Positions 26,413 through 36,541 are shown, numbered from the stretch's first letter. The stretch: DNA of 64,000 nucleotides from a bacterium (GCA_023249195.1 JAHFDB010000003.1:7561-71560); one strand, 5' to 3'. A program made the numbers and translations. Notes: generated by a model from the sequence alone, not told the origin.

Positions 26413-26889
26413 ATGGATTTAAAAGAAATTAAACGTGTCATTCAGATGGTAGAAGAAGCTCAAATTTCTCATTTAAGTTTGGAGATGGACGGCATTAAAA
26501 TTGAGGTTAAAAAAGAATTGGCCTCTGCAAACGGCGTCACACATCATGTTATGCTGCCACAACATCACGTCGCACCTCATATACCTCAACCCGAAACCCC
26601 TTTGCCTTCTCAGCCTGCGCTGCCAGCAATTCCTAAGGCCGATGAAAATTGCGTGGCCATTAAATCTCAAATGGTAGGCACCTTTTATGACACCCCTAAG
26701 CCTGGTTCCCCTCCGTTTGTGAAGGTGGGCGATTCTATTAAAACAGGGCAAGTCCTGTGTATTATTGAAGCTATGAAATTATTTAATGAAATTGAGTCTG
26801 AGCGTGCTGGGGTTATTGAAAAAGTGTGTGTCGAGAACGGTTCCCCCGTAGAGTTTGGACAGGATCTGTTTATTCTTCGCATTTCCTAA
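26413..26889 (+). CDS. accB: Biotin carboxyl carrier protein of acetyl-CoA carboxylase
   Basis: The biotinyl-lysine motif CIIEAMKLFNEIE is present, with a Pro/Ala-rich linker. No accC gene is adjacent. A Shine-Dalgarno aggag lies at 26397..26401. Confidence 0.8.
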   Translation: MDLKEIKRVIQMVEEAQISHLSLEMDGIKIEVKKELASANGVTHHVMLPQHHVAPHIPQPETPLPSQPALPAIPKADENCVAIKSQMVGTFYDTPKPGSPPFVKVGDSIKTGQVLCIIEAMKLFNEIESERAGVIEKVCVENGSPVEFGQDLFILRIS

Positions 26890-28560
26890 GTGAAACGCTG
26901 GGCCTTACATCCTCAAAACCCGCATATTAGTGAAAAGCTAGGGGCCATGTTAGGGGTGTCTGCCTTGATTGGGCAGCTGCTTCTGAATCGAAATATTCGG
27001 TCTTTAGAAGACGCCCAGGTATTTTTGGCCACACCCTCCCCTTCTCATCAATTTCAAGACGATATCTTAGTCAAAGCCTGTGCACTTCTTGAAAACTGCC
27101 TTATCGAAAAGAAAAAAATTCTTCTCTATGGCGATTATGATGTAGATGGTATGACCTCAACCTCGGTGATGCTTTTGGCTTTACGCCAGGTGGGCGCCCT
27201 GGTCGACTATTATATTCCCTATCGGTTCACAGAGGGCTATGGCTTAAACGCATCTGTGCTAAACACCCTCACGGATCGCCATATTTCGTTACTCATCACC
27301 CTCGATTGCGGCATTACCAACAAAGACGATATTGACCTCATTAAGGCTGCCGGCATTCAGGTAATGATCCTTGATCACCATACCCTTCCCGATGTGCTTC
27401 CTCAAGCCGATGTGATATTAAATCCTCAGTTTTTTGAGTCTGGGCATCCGCTAAACCCGCTATGCACAGTGGGCATTGCCTATAAGCTTATCGACTATTA
27501 TTTTCAGCACTATCACTCAAACTTCTCTGCCGCCCCCTTTTTGGATTTAGTCGCCTTAGGAACCATTGCTGACGTGGCTTCATTGACAGGTGAAAACCGA
27601 TCGATGACTTTTTGGGGAATGCGGGCATTGTCAAAAAGAATGAGGCCAGGCATTGACCAACTTTTGTCCGAGGCTAATTTCAAAAATACCTTTCTAACCC
27701 CCAGAGACATTGGGTTTACACTGGCACCCAGACTCAATGCAGCAGGACGCATGTCCCACGCAAAATGGGGAGTGGAATTACTGACAGCCCCCGATGCCCA
27801 AAGCGCCTCTCTGATTGCTCAAAAACTGCAACATCTCAACGAGCAACGCCAAGGGGTCGGCCAAGCCATTTTCTCTGAAGCCAAAGAAGCGGCAAAAGAG
27901 ATGCCCCATCGTGTCATTACTCTGGCAAAACAGGGCTGGCATGCAGGGATTATCGGCATTATATGTTCGCGATTGACCGAGGCTTTTTTACGCCCCGCAG
28001 TTCTCATTGCTATCGACGACGGCATAGGTCGCGGATCTGCACGCAGCTTTGGATCGGTCAATATCTATGCGATTTTGAAGGAATGCAGCCACTTTTTCGA
28101 GTCGTTTGGCGGACATAAACAGGCCGCAGGCTTTAGTATTTTGCCTGAAAATATTCCTGAGTTTCAATCGGCCTTAATCAAGGTGGCACAGCAGGCCATT
28201 GATCCACAAGATTTGATTCCTATTTTGACTATCGATGCCCCCTTGTCTCCCGATCAAATGACTTTAGAACTTTTTAAAGAAGTGGAAAAATGCGGACCTT
28301 TTGGGCAGGGAAATCCGGCCCCTATTTTTTACACATCTGAGCTTAAGCCCTTGGATTTTAGAACGGTAGGAGATGGATCCCATTTAAAGGTGCGATTTAC
28401 AGATGCCACGGGCAAACGTATCATAGATGCTATCGGTTTTGGACTGGGACACCAGCTCGAAGCCCTTTATAAAGACGACCTTGAATTGGCCTTTCATTTG
28501 GATTCCAATACTTGGGGCGGCAAAACAACCTTGCAACTTAGTTTGGTGGATATTAAATGA
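26890..28560 (+). CDS. recJ: Single-stranded-DNA-specific exonuclease RecJ
   Basis: DHH motifs (YGDYDVDGMTS, ITLDCGIT, LDHH) and DHHA1 are present. Confidence 0.85.
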   Translation: MKRWALHPQNPHISEKLGAMLGVSALIGQLLLNRNIRSLEDAQVFLATPSPSHQFQDDILVKACALLENCLIEKKKILLYGDYDVDGMTSTSVMLLALRQVGALVDYYIPYRFTEGYGLNASVLNTLTDRHISLLITLDCGITNKDDIDLIKAAGIQVMILDHHTLPDVLPQADVILNPQFFESGHPLNPLCTVGIAYKLIDYYFQHYHSNFSAAPFLDLVALGTIADVASLTGENRSMTFWGMRALSKRMRPGIDQLLSEANFKNTFLTPRDIGFTLAPRLNAAGRMSHAKWGVELLTAPDAQSASLIAQKLQHLNEQRQGVGQAIFSEAKEAAKEMPHRVITLAKQGWHAGIIGIICSRLTEAFLRPAVLIAIDDGIGRGSARSFGSVNIYAILKECSHFFESFGGHKQAAGFSILPENIPEFQSALIKVAQQAIDPQDLIPILTIDAPLSPDQMTLELFKEVEKCGPFGQGNPAPIFYTSELKPLDFRTVGDGSHLKVRFTDATGKRIIDAIGFGLGHQLEALYKDDLELAFHLDSNTWGGKTTLQLSLVDIK

Positions 28561-30719
28561 AAACAACCCAATCGATTGAAGACTTACTCAAAAAAGTCGG
28601 AACCTATCTTCCACAAACCGATCTTCCTTTGATTGAAGAAGCCTATTTATTTTCAAAAAAAGCCCACGAAGGTCAGGTCAGAAGTTCGGGTGAGGAATAC
28701 ATTATTCACCCTGTTGAGGTTGCCTATATTTTAGCTGAACTTGAGCAAGACACCTCAACCATCATTGCAGGGCTTTTACACGATATTGTTGAGGATACCG
28801 ACATTCCGGCCGAGACTCTAAGCTCAACATTTGGGGACAATGTGTATCGGTTGGTAGATGGTGTTACTAAGCTTGGGAAAATTTACTTCGATTCTCAGGA
28901 AGAAGAGCAAGCCGAAAATTTCAGAAAAATGTTTATTGCGATGGCCAAGGACATTCGGGTCGTTATTATTAAATTGGCCGACCGCTTACACAATATGCGC
29001 ACCCTGAAACATCAGCCTCAAGATAAACGTCTTTCAAAAGCCAAAGAAACCCGAGATATTTTTGCCCCTCTCGCCCACCGGTTGGGGATGTGGTGGGTCA
29101 AATGGGAATTGGAAGACTTGTGTTTTTATTATTTACAGTATGACGAATTTCAGGAAATCAAAAAATTAGTGGCCTCAAAACGTGAAGAACGAGAGACCTA
29201 TGTCGAGAAATTTATTGGCCATATCCAAACACTTCTAGATGAAAATCATCTTCAAGCCAAGGTCTTTGGCCGCCCCAAGCATTTTTATAGCATTTACAAA
29301 AAACTCGTTTCTCAAAATCTCAATTTCGATGAACTTTATGACACCTTGGGCATTCGGGTGATTTTAAGCACATTGAGAGAATGTTATGAGGTTTTAGGAA
29401 TTGTTCATGCCTCTTTTAAGCCTATTAATGGCCGATTTAAAGATTATATTGCCATGCCAAAATCAAATTTATATCAATCCTTGCATACCACTGTCATTGG
29501 GCCCGAAGGCAAACCTGTAGAGGTCCAAATTCGCACATCCGAAATGCATCAGGTAGCCGAATATGGCATTGCTGCCCATTGGCGCTATAAAGAAGGTTCT
29601 CAAAATCGAAAATTCGACGCCGATTTCTCTTGGTTAAGGCAGATTTTAGACACTGAACAAGAAAAATCAGCCGCCAAGGAATTTTTGCAAAATCTGAAAG
29701 TCGACTTATTTATTGAAGAAGTCTTTGCTTTTACACCCAAGGGTTCTGTTCACGTATTGCCCAAGGGTGCCACCCCCATTGACTTTGCCTATCGCATTCA
29801 TACTGAAATTGGCCATTGTTGTGTCGGAGCCAAAATCAACGGACACATAGTACCCCTGCATTATGTATTGCAAAGTGGGGATCGGGTTGAGATTTTAACC
29901 TCAAAAAAAGCAAATCCAAATATCGATTGGCTTAACTTTGCTCACACCGGTCAGGCTAAAAGCAAAATCAAACAATGGTATAAAAAGCAGCATGCTGAAG
30001 AAAATATCCGCAAAGGAAAATTAAAATTTGACAAACTTTTATTGGTCTCTGGCTATGTTCCCAAAGAAATATTAACCAAGGAAACCATTGAAAAATTGCT
30101 TCACTTTTTAAAACTACCCTCCCTTGACGAGCTTTACTTGCTGATTTCTCAAGGCGAATTGTCTGGACATGAGGCCGTGCATTTTTTCAATGAACTCACC
30201 CACAAAGAAACCGAGGCTCCAGACCCCAAAACAACGTCGAGAAAAAAATCGACTTCAACCTCTCAAGATGTCTTGGTTTTAGGGGAATCGAACGTGATGT
30301 CCAACCTTGCCAAATGCTGCAGCCCCCTTCCTGGAGACCCTATTTTAGGCTATATTACCCTTGGATTTGGGGTGTCTATTCATCGCAGTGATTGTGCTCA
30401 AATATTGCATTTGGATGAAAGCCACAAAGCGCGTTTGGTCAGTGCGGAATGGGCCCTCACAAATAAACAAAAATTATTTTCAGCCGCCCTTTGGGTGGAA
30501 GCCTTTGACCGCATTGGCATTTTGAAAGATATTCTCAATACCATTTCAGAAATTAAAACCAATATTATTGAGGTTAAAACCAAGTCCTCGGTTAAAAATG
30601 CCTCTATGCGAGCCACCATTGTGATTGAAACCAGTAACATTCGGCATCTTAATACCGTGCGTCAAGCCATTGCTCAAATTCCCGATGTTTTATCGGTTAG
30701 GCGTGGTAAAGACTTGTGA
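28557..30719 (+). CDS. Bifunctional (p)ppGpp synthetase/hydrolase (RelA/SpoT homologue, RSH)
   Basis: The HD hydrolase motif HDIVEDT, the synthetase domain, and TGS and ACT-like C-terminal domains are present. Length is 720 aa. Confidence 0.85.
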   Translation: MKTTQSIEDLLKKVGTYLPQTDLPLIEEAYLFSKKAHEGQVRSSGEEYIIHPVEVAYILAELEQDTSTIIAGLLHDIVEDTDIPAETLSSTFGDNVYRLVDGVTKLGKIYFDSQEEEQAENFRKMFIAMAKDIRVVIIKLADRLHNMRTLKHQPQDKRLSKAKETRDIFAPLAHRLGMWWVKWELEDLCFYYLQYDEFQEIKKLVASKREERETYVEKFIGHIQTLLDENHLQAKVFGRPKHFYSIYKKLVSQNLNFDELYDTLGIRVILSTLRECYEVLGIVHASFKPINGRFKDYIAMPKSNLYQSLHTTVIGPEGKPVEVQIRTSEMHQVAEYGIAAHWRYKEGSQNRKFDADFSWLRQILDTEQEKSAAKEFLQNLKVDLFIEEVFAFTPKGSVHVLPKGATPIDFAYRIHTEIGHCCVGAKINGHIVPLHYVLQSGDRVEILTSKKANPNIDWLNFAHTGQAKSKIKQWYKKQHAEENIRKGKLKFDKLLLVSGYVPKEILTKETIEKLLHFLKLPSLDELYLLISQGELSGHEAVHFFNELTHKETEAPDPKTTSRKKSTSTSQDVLVLGESNVMSNLAKCCSPLPGDPILGYITLGFGVSIHRSDCAQILHLDESHKARLVSAEWALTNKQKLFSAALWVEAFDRIGILKDILNTISEIKTNIIEVKTKSSVKNASMRATIVIETSNIRHLNTVRQAIAQIPDVLSVRRGKDL

Positions 30720-31339
30720 TGCAACTTGTTTTGGCCACCAACAACCCACACAAAATCGAAGAGCTCAAAACCCTTTTAAAAGGTTCCCCTTTTGAGGTTG
30801 TTGGGTATTCAGAGATTTTTTCCGATCCCATTCATCCTGTTGAAGACGGAACCACCTTTCAAGAAAATGCTCTGAAGAAGGCATCTGCCTTCCCTGTTCA
30901 CCCCAGACGTGTCTATTTGGCCGATGACTCAGGCTTAGAGGTTGCTGCCCTACATGGACAGCCCGGAATATTTTCTGCTCGCTATGGGGGCGAAAATGCC
31001 AGTGGGGAAGAAAGATGTCGATTGTTATTGGCCGAGATGCGCCATCAGCCCGACAGACGGGCCCGGTTTGTCTGTGTGGTTGCGATTTTATTCCCAGATG
31101 GACAGAAGGAAACGGTTGAGGGCATTGTCAACGGAACCCTCACATCGACTCTGTCTGGGACTAAAGGGTTTGGATATGACCCCATTTTTATTCCAGAAGG
31201 CTACTCACAGACGTTTGCTCAATTAGGCTCTGAGATTAAAAACAAGTTAAGTCATCGCGCCCGGGCTCTGCGCTTAGCAAAAACGATTATTGAAAACAAA
31301 AAAACATCTCCGATTGCCCAAGCGTATCAAAACATATAG
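30716..31339 (+). CDS. rdgB: Non-canonical purine NTP pyrophosphatase (Ham1/RdgB)
   Basis: LVLATNNPHKIEE, FVCVVA and GFGYDPIF are present. Confidence 0.8.
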   Translation: MMQLVLATNNPHKIEELKTLLKGSPFEVVGYSEIFSDPIHPVEDGTTFQENALKKASAFPVHPRRVYLADDSGLEVAALHGQPGIFSARYGGENASGEERCRLLLAEMRHQPDRRARFVCVVAILFPDGQKETVEGIVNGTLTSTLSGTKGFGYDPIFIPEGYSQTFAQLGSEIKNKLSHRARALRLAKTIIENKKTSPIAQAYQNI

Positions 31340-32631
31340 CCCATCCCAAGTGCCCATCGATTGGTATCAGGGTTATCATTAAATTTTTGATAGTCCGCCT
31401 TAAAAACAACATCATATCGGGGTTTGAATGACATCCCTACCGTAAGGACATGATCGGCATTTTCCAAGTCGGAGGTGAACCCATTGGGAAGCCTTGCTTG
31501 GGTGTTATAGGTTTCGAAGCGGGCAAAGGGAGTCAAAGACATGTCGCCTTCTTGCCACAGGGTGTAAGCGCCTTGTACAAGCCACCCATAAAATTCGCTA
31601 GGAACATAGGGCCGGCTGGAGGTGGGATTTGCAAGATTGTAAGTTTTAAGGACAGCATCAATGGCATCGGTATCGCTGATCGTTCCATTGGCATAGAGGG
31701 CCTGAAAATCCCATCCGTTTTTTTGCCATCGGGTATGAATATCCCAAAGGGTAATGTGTCCGGTAATGCCTGAGAAATCAGGGTTTGTAGAATCGGCTTT
31801 AAAATCCGCATTGCCATGAAAAGCATTGCCCATAAACAGGGCACTTCCAAGGGTAAACCCAGATTCTTTATAGGCGAGTGCCCCATAGTAAGACAGGTCG
31901 CGGGCTTTGGCGAATTGAAGCTCTTGATGGCTTGCTTTTAATGGGGCCGAGGCATCGTCAAATTTTGCCAAGTCAAACCCGGTAGTAATGCCCACATTCC
32001 AGATAAATCCGGTCTCTGTTGTACCGGAAAGCTCTAGGCCGCCCTCGCGCCATGTACTGGGGATAATTCTGGTTTCAATTTCATTGCGTTCTACCCCATA
32101 AAAAGTAGGGGGCTCATGGGAGGGATTAATAAACCCAAAAGGGATCAAAAACAATCCTGTTTTTAGAGCCAGTCCAGACGAGATCTGATACGTCAAAAAA
32201 GCCTGTTCAATTTCACTTTCACCCTGATCGGACTGGCTAACGATGGCATGCTCCCATTCAAGTTCGCTATTAAAGCTGATTTGTTCATTAAATCGATGGC
32301 CTAAAAAAAGAACAAACCGCTTCAAATCAGCTTGCGTTCGATCGTCCTTTGTTAGGTAACGCGTATAGCTCATTTCACCATATCCGCCTATCGACGTATC
32401 TGTCGAAGCGGGGGCGGCTGTTCGGGTCAATTTCTGCAGCAAATCAGCTTGGACATTTAGCTGGGTTTTGAGTTCTTGAATGTGGCGCGCCCATTCGGCC
32501 TCATCCGCAGAAAGAGACATCCCCAACAGGATAAATGCCGTTGTGGTCGCAACAAGACGGGTAAATAGGTTCATCAAAAAAATCCTTTGTAAACTTAATA
32601 AAACTATATTGATACTAATACTCAGTCTCAA
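31327..32631 (-). CDS. Outer-membrane porin with an N-terminal coiled coil (possibly phosphate-selective porin O/P-like)
   Basis: The signal peptide MNLFTRLVATTTAFILLGMSLSA (the true start is probably the internal Met near 32574), a coiled-coil segment, an amphipathic beta-rich body and a C-terminal GMGYMF are present. Confidence 0.45.
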   Translation of the reverse strand: MRLSISINIVLLSLQRIFLMNLFTRLVATTTAFILLGMSLSADEAEWARHIQELKTQLNVQADLLQKLTRTAAPASTDTSIGGYGEMSYTRYLTKDDRTQADLKRFVLFLGHRFNEQISFNSELEWEHAIVSQSDQGESEIEQAFLTYQISSGLALKTGLFLIPFGFINPSHEPPTFYGVERNEIETRIIPSTWREGGLELSGTTETGFIWNVGITTGFDLAKFDDASAPLKASHQELQFAKARDLSYYGALAYKESGFTLGSALFMGNAFHGNADFKADSTNPDFSGITGHITLWDIHTRWQKNGWDFQALYANGTISDTDAIDAVLKTYNLANPTSSRPYVPSEFYGWLVQGAYTLWQEGDMSLTPFARFETYNTQARLPNGFTSDLENADHVLTVGMSFKPRYDVVFKADYQKFNDNPDTNRWALGMGYMF

Positions 32632-32666
32632 TACGAATTTAATTTACAGTCTTAGATAGTCGGCTG

Positions 32667-33092
32667 TCAAACCTTTTTTCTTCCCATCCAAATATGCCAC
32701 GCAAGCAGGGCTGGAAAACAAATACCGATGATACAGTGAGCCCAAACAGTGAGGCTTCTGAGGGTTTCCCCGCCAAAGTAATAAAGACCATAGCCACTTA
32801 GGGCAAGCAGCAAATAGGCGGCAGTTATGAGGCTGCCTGGAAGGCGATTTTGACGCTTTTTCCACCCGATTTGCAGATGACTTGGAATCAGCCATCCAAA
32901 AACAATCAGGCTTCCCATGGCGGCGCCGCCGTGAGTTTTGAGCAGCCAAACAGCCATTTCTGAAGCACCTGAATAACGGGATAAATCGACACATTGAATC
33001 AAGAGCCAAAATAGCCCCGAAAGAAAAAGGCCTACAAAGATCACATAAAAAAGTGATTTCAGTGGGGTATTTAAGCGTGTTTTGTTTTTCAT
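32667..33092 (-). CDS. Four-TM membrane protein with conserved His/Trp, possibly heme-binding (DUF4405-like) and a partner of the flavinylation module
   Basis: Four predicted TM helices are present. Conserved His residues lie in SHLQIGW, WAHCIIG and AWHIW. It is on the same strand as, and directly downstream of, apbE. Confidence 0.35.
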   Translation of the reverse strand: MKNKTRLNTPLKSLFYVIFVGLFLSGLFWLLIQCVDLSRYSGASEMAVWLLKTHGGAAMGSLIVFGWLIPSHLQIGWKKRQNRLPGSLITAAYLLLALSGYGLYYFGGETLRSLTVWAHCIIGICFPALLAWHIWMGRKKV

Positions 33093-33102
33093 TCAGTTAC
33101 TT

Positions 33103-33945
33103 TTATAGGCGCGTCATAAAGGCAATCGCGTTGAACTGTTTTAATATAGAATGAGACCCGTCTTGAAGTACAGTCACAATTTTTGTGAGGGCATCTGCAA
33201 CCATGCAGGTTTCGGACAAAACACTCACACTTAGGGTGTCTGAAACAGGTTTTCGACTGAGGCCATCCAAGTGGAGACACCCCGCTAACCCTTCCCTTTT
33301 TTGTGAGAGATTAGAGGTGGCCAAAGCCTTTTTTTTAGGGTCGTAAGGAAGGGGCCCTTGATGATACTGATGAGGGGCAAGTCGCACCCAAATGTCGGGG
33401 TCTTTATATCCAAAGTAACGAAGATCCCCACCTGCATTGACCAGGCCACTGTTTAACCCAAAGCCTTCTAACACTTCTATAGCCTGATCTACAGCAAACC
33501 CCTTCGCAATGCCTCCTAAATCAACCACTAGGGGCACGTGATAATGAACTCTCCCCCCCTCTAGTAATGTGATGTCTTGTCCGGTTCCTGTCCCTCGATG
33601 AGGAAGATGCTGTGGCAATTCCCCATAGTCCACCAGTTCAGACCCAATAGACACATCAAACACGCCTCCGGAAACTTTAAACAAGTTCTGCGAAAATTTT
33701 AAAACTGAGTATAAATTATGGCTGACATGAATAGGGGCTAGATGGCCATAAGCGTTTAGTAAAGAAAGTTCACTATCGGGGGCATGAAAGCTCATCTCTC
33801 TTTCCACCCTAGAAACAGCGTCAAAAGCAGCCTGAACAGCCTCACATGCCCGTGTCTCATCGGCATGAGACCCTTTGATTTCAACAAAAGTGCCCAAAAG
33901 GGGGCGACACCGAGAAACGTTAATGAGGTTTGAGTATGAGCTCAT
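33103..33945 (-). CDS. apbE: FAD:protein FMN transferase (ApbE/Ftp)
   Basis: ApbE-family motifs are present (LLGTFVEI, DLGGIAKGFAVD). The start was placed at the internal ATG at 33945 because the upstream ORF (the FMN_bind gene) stops at 33920. The 26-bp overlap suggests an operon. Confidence 0.7.
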   Translation of the reverse strand: MSSYSNLINVSRCRPLLGTFVEIKGSHADETRACEAVQAAFDAVSRVEREMSFHAPDSELSLLNAYGHLAPIHVSHNLYSVLKFSQNLFKVSGGVFDVSIGSELVDYGELPQHLPHRGTGTGQDITLLEGGRVHYHVPLVVDLGGIAKGFAVDQAIEVLEGFGLNSGLVNAGGDLRYFGYKDPDIWVRLAPHQYHQGPLPYDPKKKALATSNLSQKREGLAGCLHLDGLSRKPVSDTLSVSVLSETCMVADALTKIVTVLQDGSHSILKQFNAIAFMTRL

Positions 33946-34507
33946 AAAAAGAAAGCAATCGTTTGACACCTTGTGTGACATGACGACTCGACAGTGTGGC
34001 GCCACTGATGTTTTGAATATCTTGATTGAGCTTGAGTTTGGCCCCGTGTTTTTTGCCAAAAAACTGACTTTGCCATTTTTTTTGTCGAATCTCAGAACCA
34101 AAAGTTTCCTTGTATTCTAAAATTTCTATCTGTCGAATGCTGCCCTCTTTTTCCAAAGCTAACACCCATTGAATAGCCTCATGTTTACCCAAGACAGAAT
34201 CTAAAATAACCCAGCCTAAAAATGCAGATCCATGATACGCTGCCCATACTTTTTGCTCGTGAAAGCGTACAGGTATCCCTGAATCTTTTTCAATCAAAGC
34301 CATTTGGTCACGGGTAAGTTCAACAGGGGTAGCTATCCATTGGGTCGCGGTGGGAAAGCATGCCCTTTGAGCCTGCTCAAGGGTAAGATATTGAACAGAA
34401 AAACAAGCCGTCGCACTTGCAATGACAACAATAGGGGTTAGCCAATAAAGCGATTTGTCAAACATGGTAATGAAGGTAGTATAATAGCAGCGATACAGCA
34501 GGTCCAT
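33920..34507 (-). CDS. FMN-binding domain protein (NqrC/RnfG-type FMN_bind), the predicted flavinylation substrate
   Basis: An N-terminal TM/signal anchor is present. DIQNISGATLSSRHV contains the S-G-A-T flavinylation motif. Confidence 0.6.
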   Translation of the reverse strand: MDLLYRCYYTTFITMFDKSLYWLTPIVVIASATACFSVQYLTLEQAQRACFPTATQWIATPVELTRDQMALIEKDSGIPVRFHEQKVWAAYHGSAFLGWVILDSVLGKHEAIQWVLALEKEGSIRQIEILEYKETFGSEIRQKKWQSQFFGKKHGAKLKLNQDIQNISGATLSSRHVTQGVKRLLSFYELILKPH

Positions 34508-34557
34508 CCATCTTTACCTTTGGCAGTTGTATAGGTGAGTATTATCAGAATAAACAC

Positions 34558-35178
34558 ATGACTTTAAATATCTCGAAACAATCTGGCTATTTAGCCCGAT
34601 ATTATGACGGGCTTTGCCGCCAATTTTCTCGTTCGTATAAGACAGTGGGCTGGTATTCTTATAAAACCCAAGAGGCCAGATTTAATATTGCCTCCCAAAT
34701 AGCGGACTGGAACGGCCAGTCTATTCTCGACATTGGCTGTGGGCTGGGAGATCTGTGGGGCTATTTAAAAGAAAACGGCATTGCCGCACACTATTCAGGG
34801 ATAGATATTAGTCAAAAAATGATAGCGCTATCCCAAGCACACTTTCCAGAGGTATCGTTTAGAGTCCAAGACCTTTTTGATCGGCACTTTCAAGAAAAAT
34901 ATGACTATTGCTTTGCCTCGGGACCCTTTAATCACAGACTTAATGTATCCCAAAACATTTATATTCAAGAAGCCATCTCCCGAATGGTCGAGATCAGCAC
35001 AAAAGGGGTTGTGTTTAACGTGTTGTCTGACAAAACCCCTTTCAAAAAACGCCAAGACCATGAGTTTTTCTATTATAATGCCCAAGAATTAGCTGTATTT
35101 AGCCAAACTTTGGTCTCAAGAGTAGTGGTCAAAGAAAATTATTTACCCAATGATGTGACGCTTTTTTTATACAAGTAA
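34558..35178 (+). CDS. Class I SAM-dependent methyltransferase
   Basis: ILDIGCGLGDLW is a glycine-rich SAM motif. Confidence 0.6.
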   Translation: MTLNISKQSGYLARYYDGLCRQFSRSYKTVGWYSYKTQEARFNIASQIADWNGQSILDIGCGLGDLWGYLKENGIAAHYSGIDISQKMIALSQAHFPEVSFRVQDLFDRHFQEKYDYCFASGPFNHRLNVSQNIYIQEAISRMVEISTKGVVFNVLSDKTPFKKRQDHEFFYYNAQELAVFSQTLVSRVVVKENYLPNDVTLFLYK

Positions 35179-35193
35179 GGTATACTTGAAAAA

Positions 35194-35607
35194 ATGGCTA
35201 TTCCTGAAGGTAAAATCTTTACATTTGAACCGGAGTCCAGCATTCGATCAGACTTTCTAGAAGTTTTTCCCTATGAGGGGGAACCCCAATTTATTGTCTA
35301 TAAAACCCGTGAATTTTCTTGTGTATGTCCGTTTTCAGGGCTTCCTGATTATGGCGAACTTAGCATCGAACACATTCCCCATCAACACTGCGTAGAGCTT
35401 AAATCATTCAAATATTATCTCACCTCTTTTCGAAATGTAGGCATCTATCAAGAACCCGTGACCCATCGTATTTTTAAAGATATTTACGCATTATTGAACC
35501 CCCAATATTTGAAAGTGACCACTCTTTACAACACCCGCGGGGGAATCGATGCGACATGTTCGATTGAGAAGGGTGTACGTTGTCGGTCAGGGTCCTCGTC
35601 GGCATGA
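35194..35607 (+). CDS. queF: NADPH-dependent 7-cyano-7-deazaguanine reductase (type I)
   Basis: The catalytic Cys (FSCVCPFSGLPDY) and the QueF motif ELKSFKYYL are present. Confidence 0.75.
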   Translation: MAIPEGKIFTFEPESSIRSDFLEVFPYEGEPQFIVYKTREFSCVCPFSGLPDYGELSIEHIPHQHCVELKSFKYYLTSFRNVGIYQEPVTHRIFKDIYALLNPQYLKVTTLYNTRGGIDATCSIEKGVRCRSGSSSA

Positions 35608-35694
35608 AGGGCAGCTTCATGCATCAATCCCCGAATGGCAAAATGGGCCATAAGTAACCCGTAAAATTCTTGCTTAACAAGATTTGGAGATTTA

Positions 35695-36426
35695 CTAAAG
35701 CACATTTTCCATCCCATAGATCAACCCTTGAATACTCTGCACTTTTTTAATACATAACACAACGCCAGGCATAAACGACTCGCGAGAAATGGTGTCGTGT
35801 CTGAGCGTGAAAGTTTGCCCTAGTCCACCAAAAATAACTTCTTGATGGGCGACATATCCGGGTAATCGTACCGAGTGAATGGGAATGCGATGCTTTGAAC
35901 CACCGCGTGCCCCTTTGATAAGTTCTTGTTCATCTAATGCATGTTCGTTGATATGAGGATTGGCATGATAGATCAGCTCTGCGGTTTTGAGGGCTGTGCC
36001 AGAGGGGGCGTCGGCCTTTCTGTCATGGTGAAATTCGATAATTTCAACTCTGGGCATGTATTTTGAAGCTTCCGCTGCATATTTCATCATTAAAATAGCC
36101 CCAATGGCAAAATTAGGACAGACCAAGACCCCTTGTTTTTTTTCTTTGGCAAGAAGATCGAGATCGTGAAGGTCCGAAGCCGTGAGACCGGTAGTACCAA
36201 TCACCGCAGAACATCCCTGGGTAAGAATGGCCACCGTATTTTCTTTGACGCAACTTGGATGTGTAAAATCGACCACCACTTGAGGATGGGTCTCTTTGAG
36301 CCTCTCGAGCAAAGGATCTTTTCGATTCCCCCAACCCACAAGATGAAGCTCGGGATCGTTTTGAACAGCTTTGAGGGTTTCTGAACCCATTTTTCCTGAA
36401 CCACCATTCACATAAACATGAACCAT
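35695..36426 (-). CDS. dapB: 4-hydroxy-tetrahydrodipicolinate reductase
   Basis: An N-terminal Rossmann fold (VYVNGGSGKMG) and DapB C-terminal motifs are present. Length is 243 aa. Confidence 0.75.
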   Translation of the reverse strand: MVHVYVNGGSGKMGSETLKAVQNDPELHLVGWGNRKDPLLERLKETHPQVVVDFTHPSCVKENTVAILTQGCSAVIGTTGLTASDLHDLDLLAKEKKQGVLVCPNFAIGAILMMKYAAEASKYMPRVEIIEFHHDRKADAPSGTALKTAELIYHANPHINEHALDEQELIKGARGGSKHRIPIHSVRLPGYVAHQEVIFGGLGQTFTLRHDTISRESFMPGVVLCIKKVQSIQGLIYGMENVL

Positions 36427-36541
36427 TGAGAGCCTCCTTATATAATGAAGGATAAAGATAAAAAAACATACAAATTCTATAGTACCAGGAACAAGATTAA
36501 ATCTCCTGAATTTTTTTCAATTTTATTTCGATAACAGAGAT

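Noticed and set aside
33553-33559. C7, C8 and G6 homopolymers in apbE, leuS (39106..39113) and the GNAT-NadD gene (48476..48481) as phase-variation sites
   Set aside because: They correspond to Gly-Gly(-Gly) codon runs in conserved or essential genes, so they are more likely codon choice (GGG) than contingency loci. Only the G9 in the effector-like gene was kept as a finding.
36113-36469. 118-aa ORF extending upstream of dapB on the minus strand
   Set aside because: It is in a different frame and overlaps the dapB N-terminal Rossmann region. The dapB frame, with GGSGKMG right at its N-terminus, is clearly the real one.
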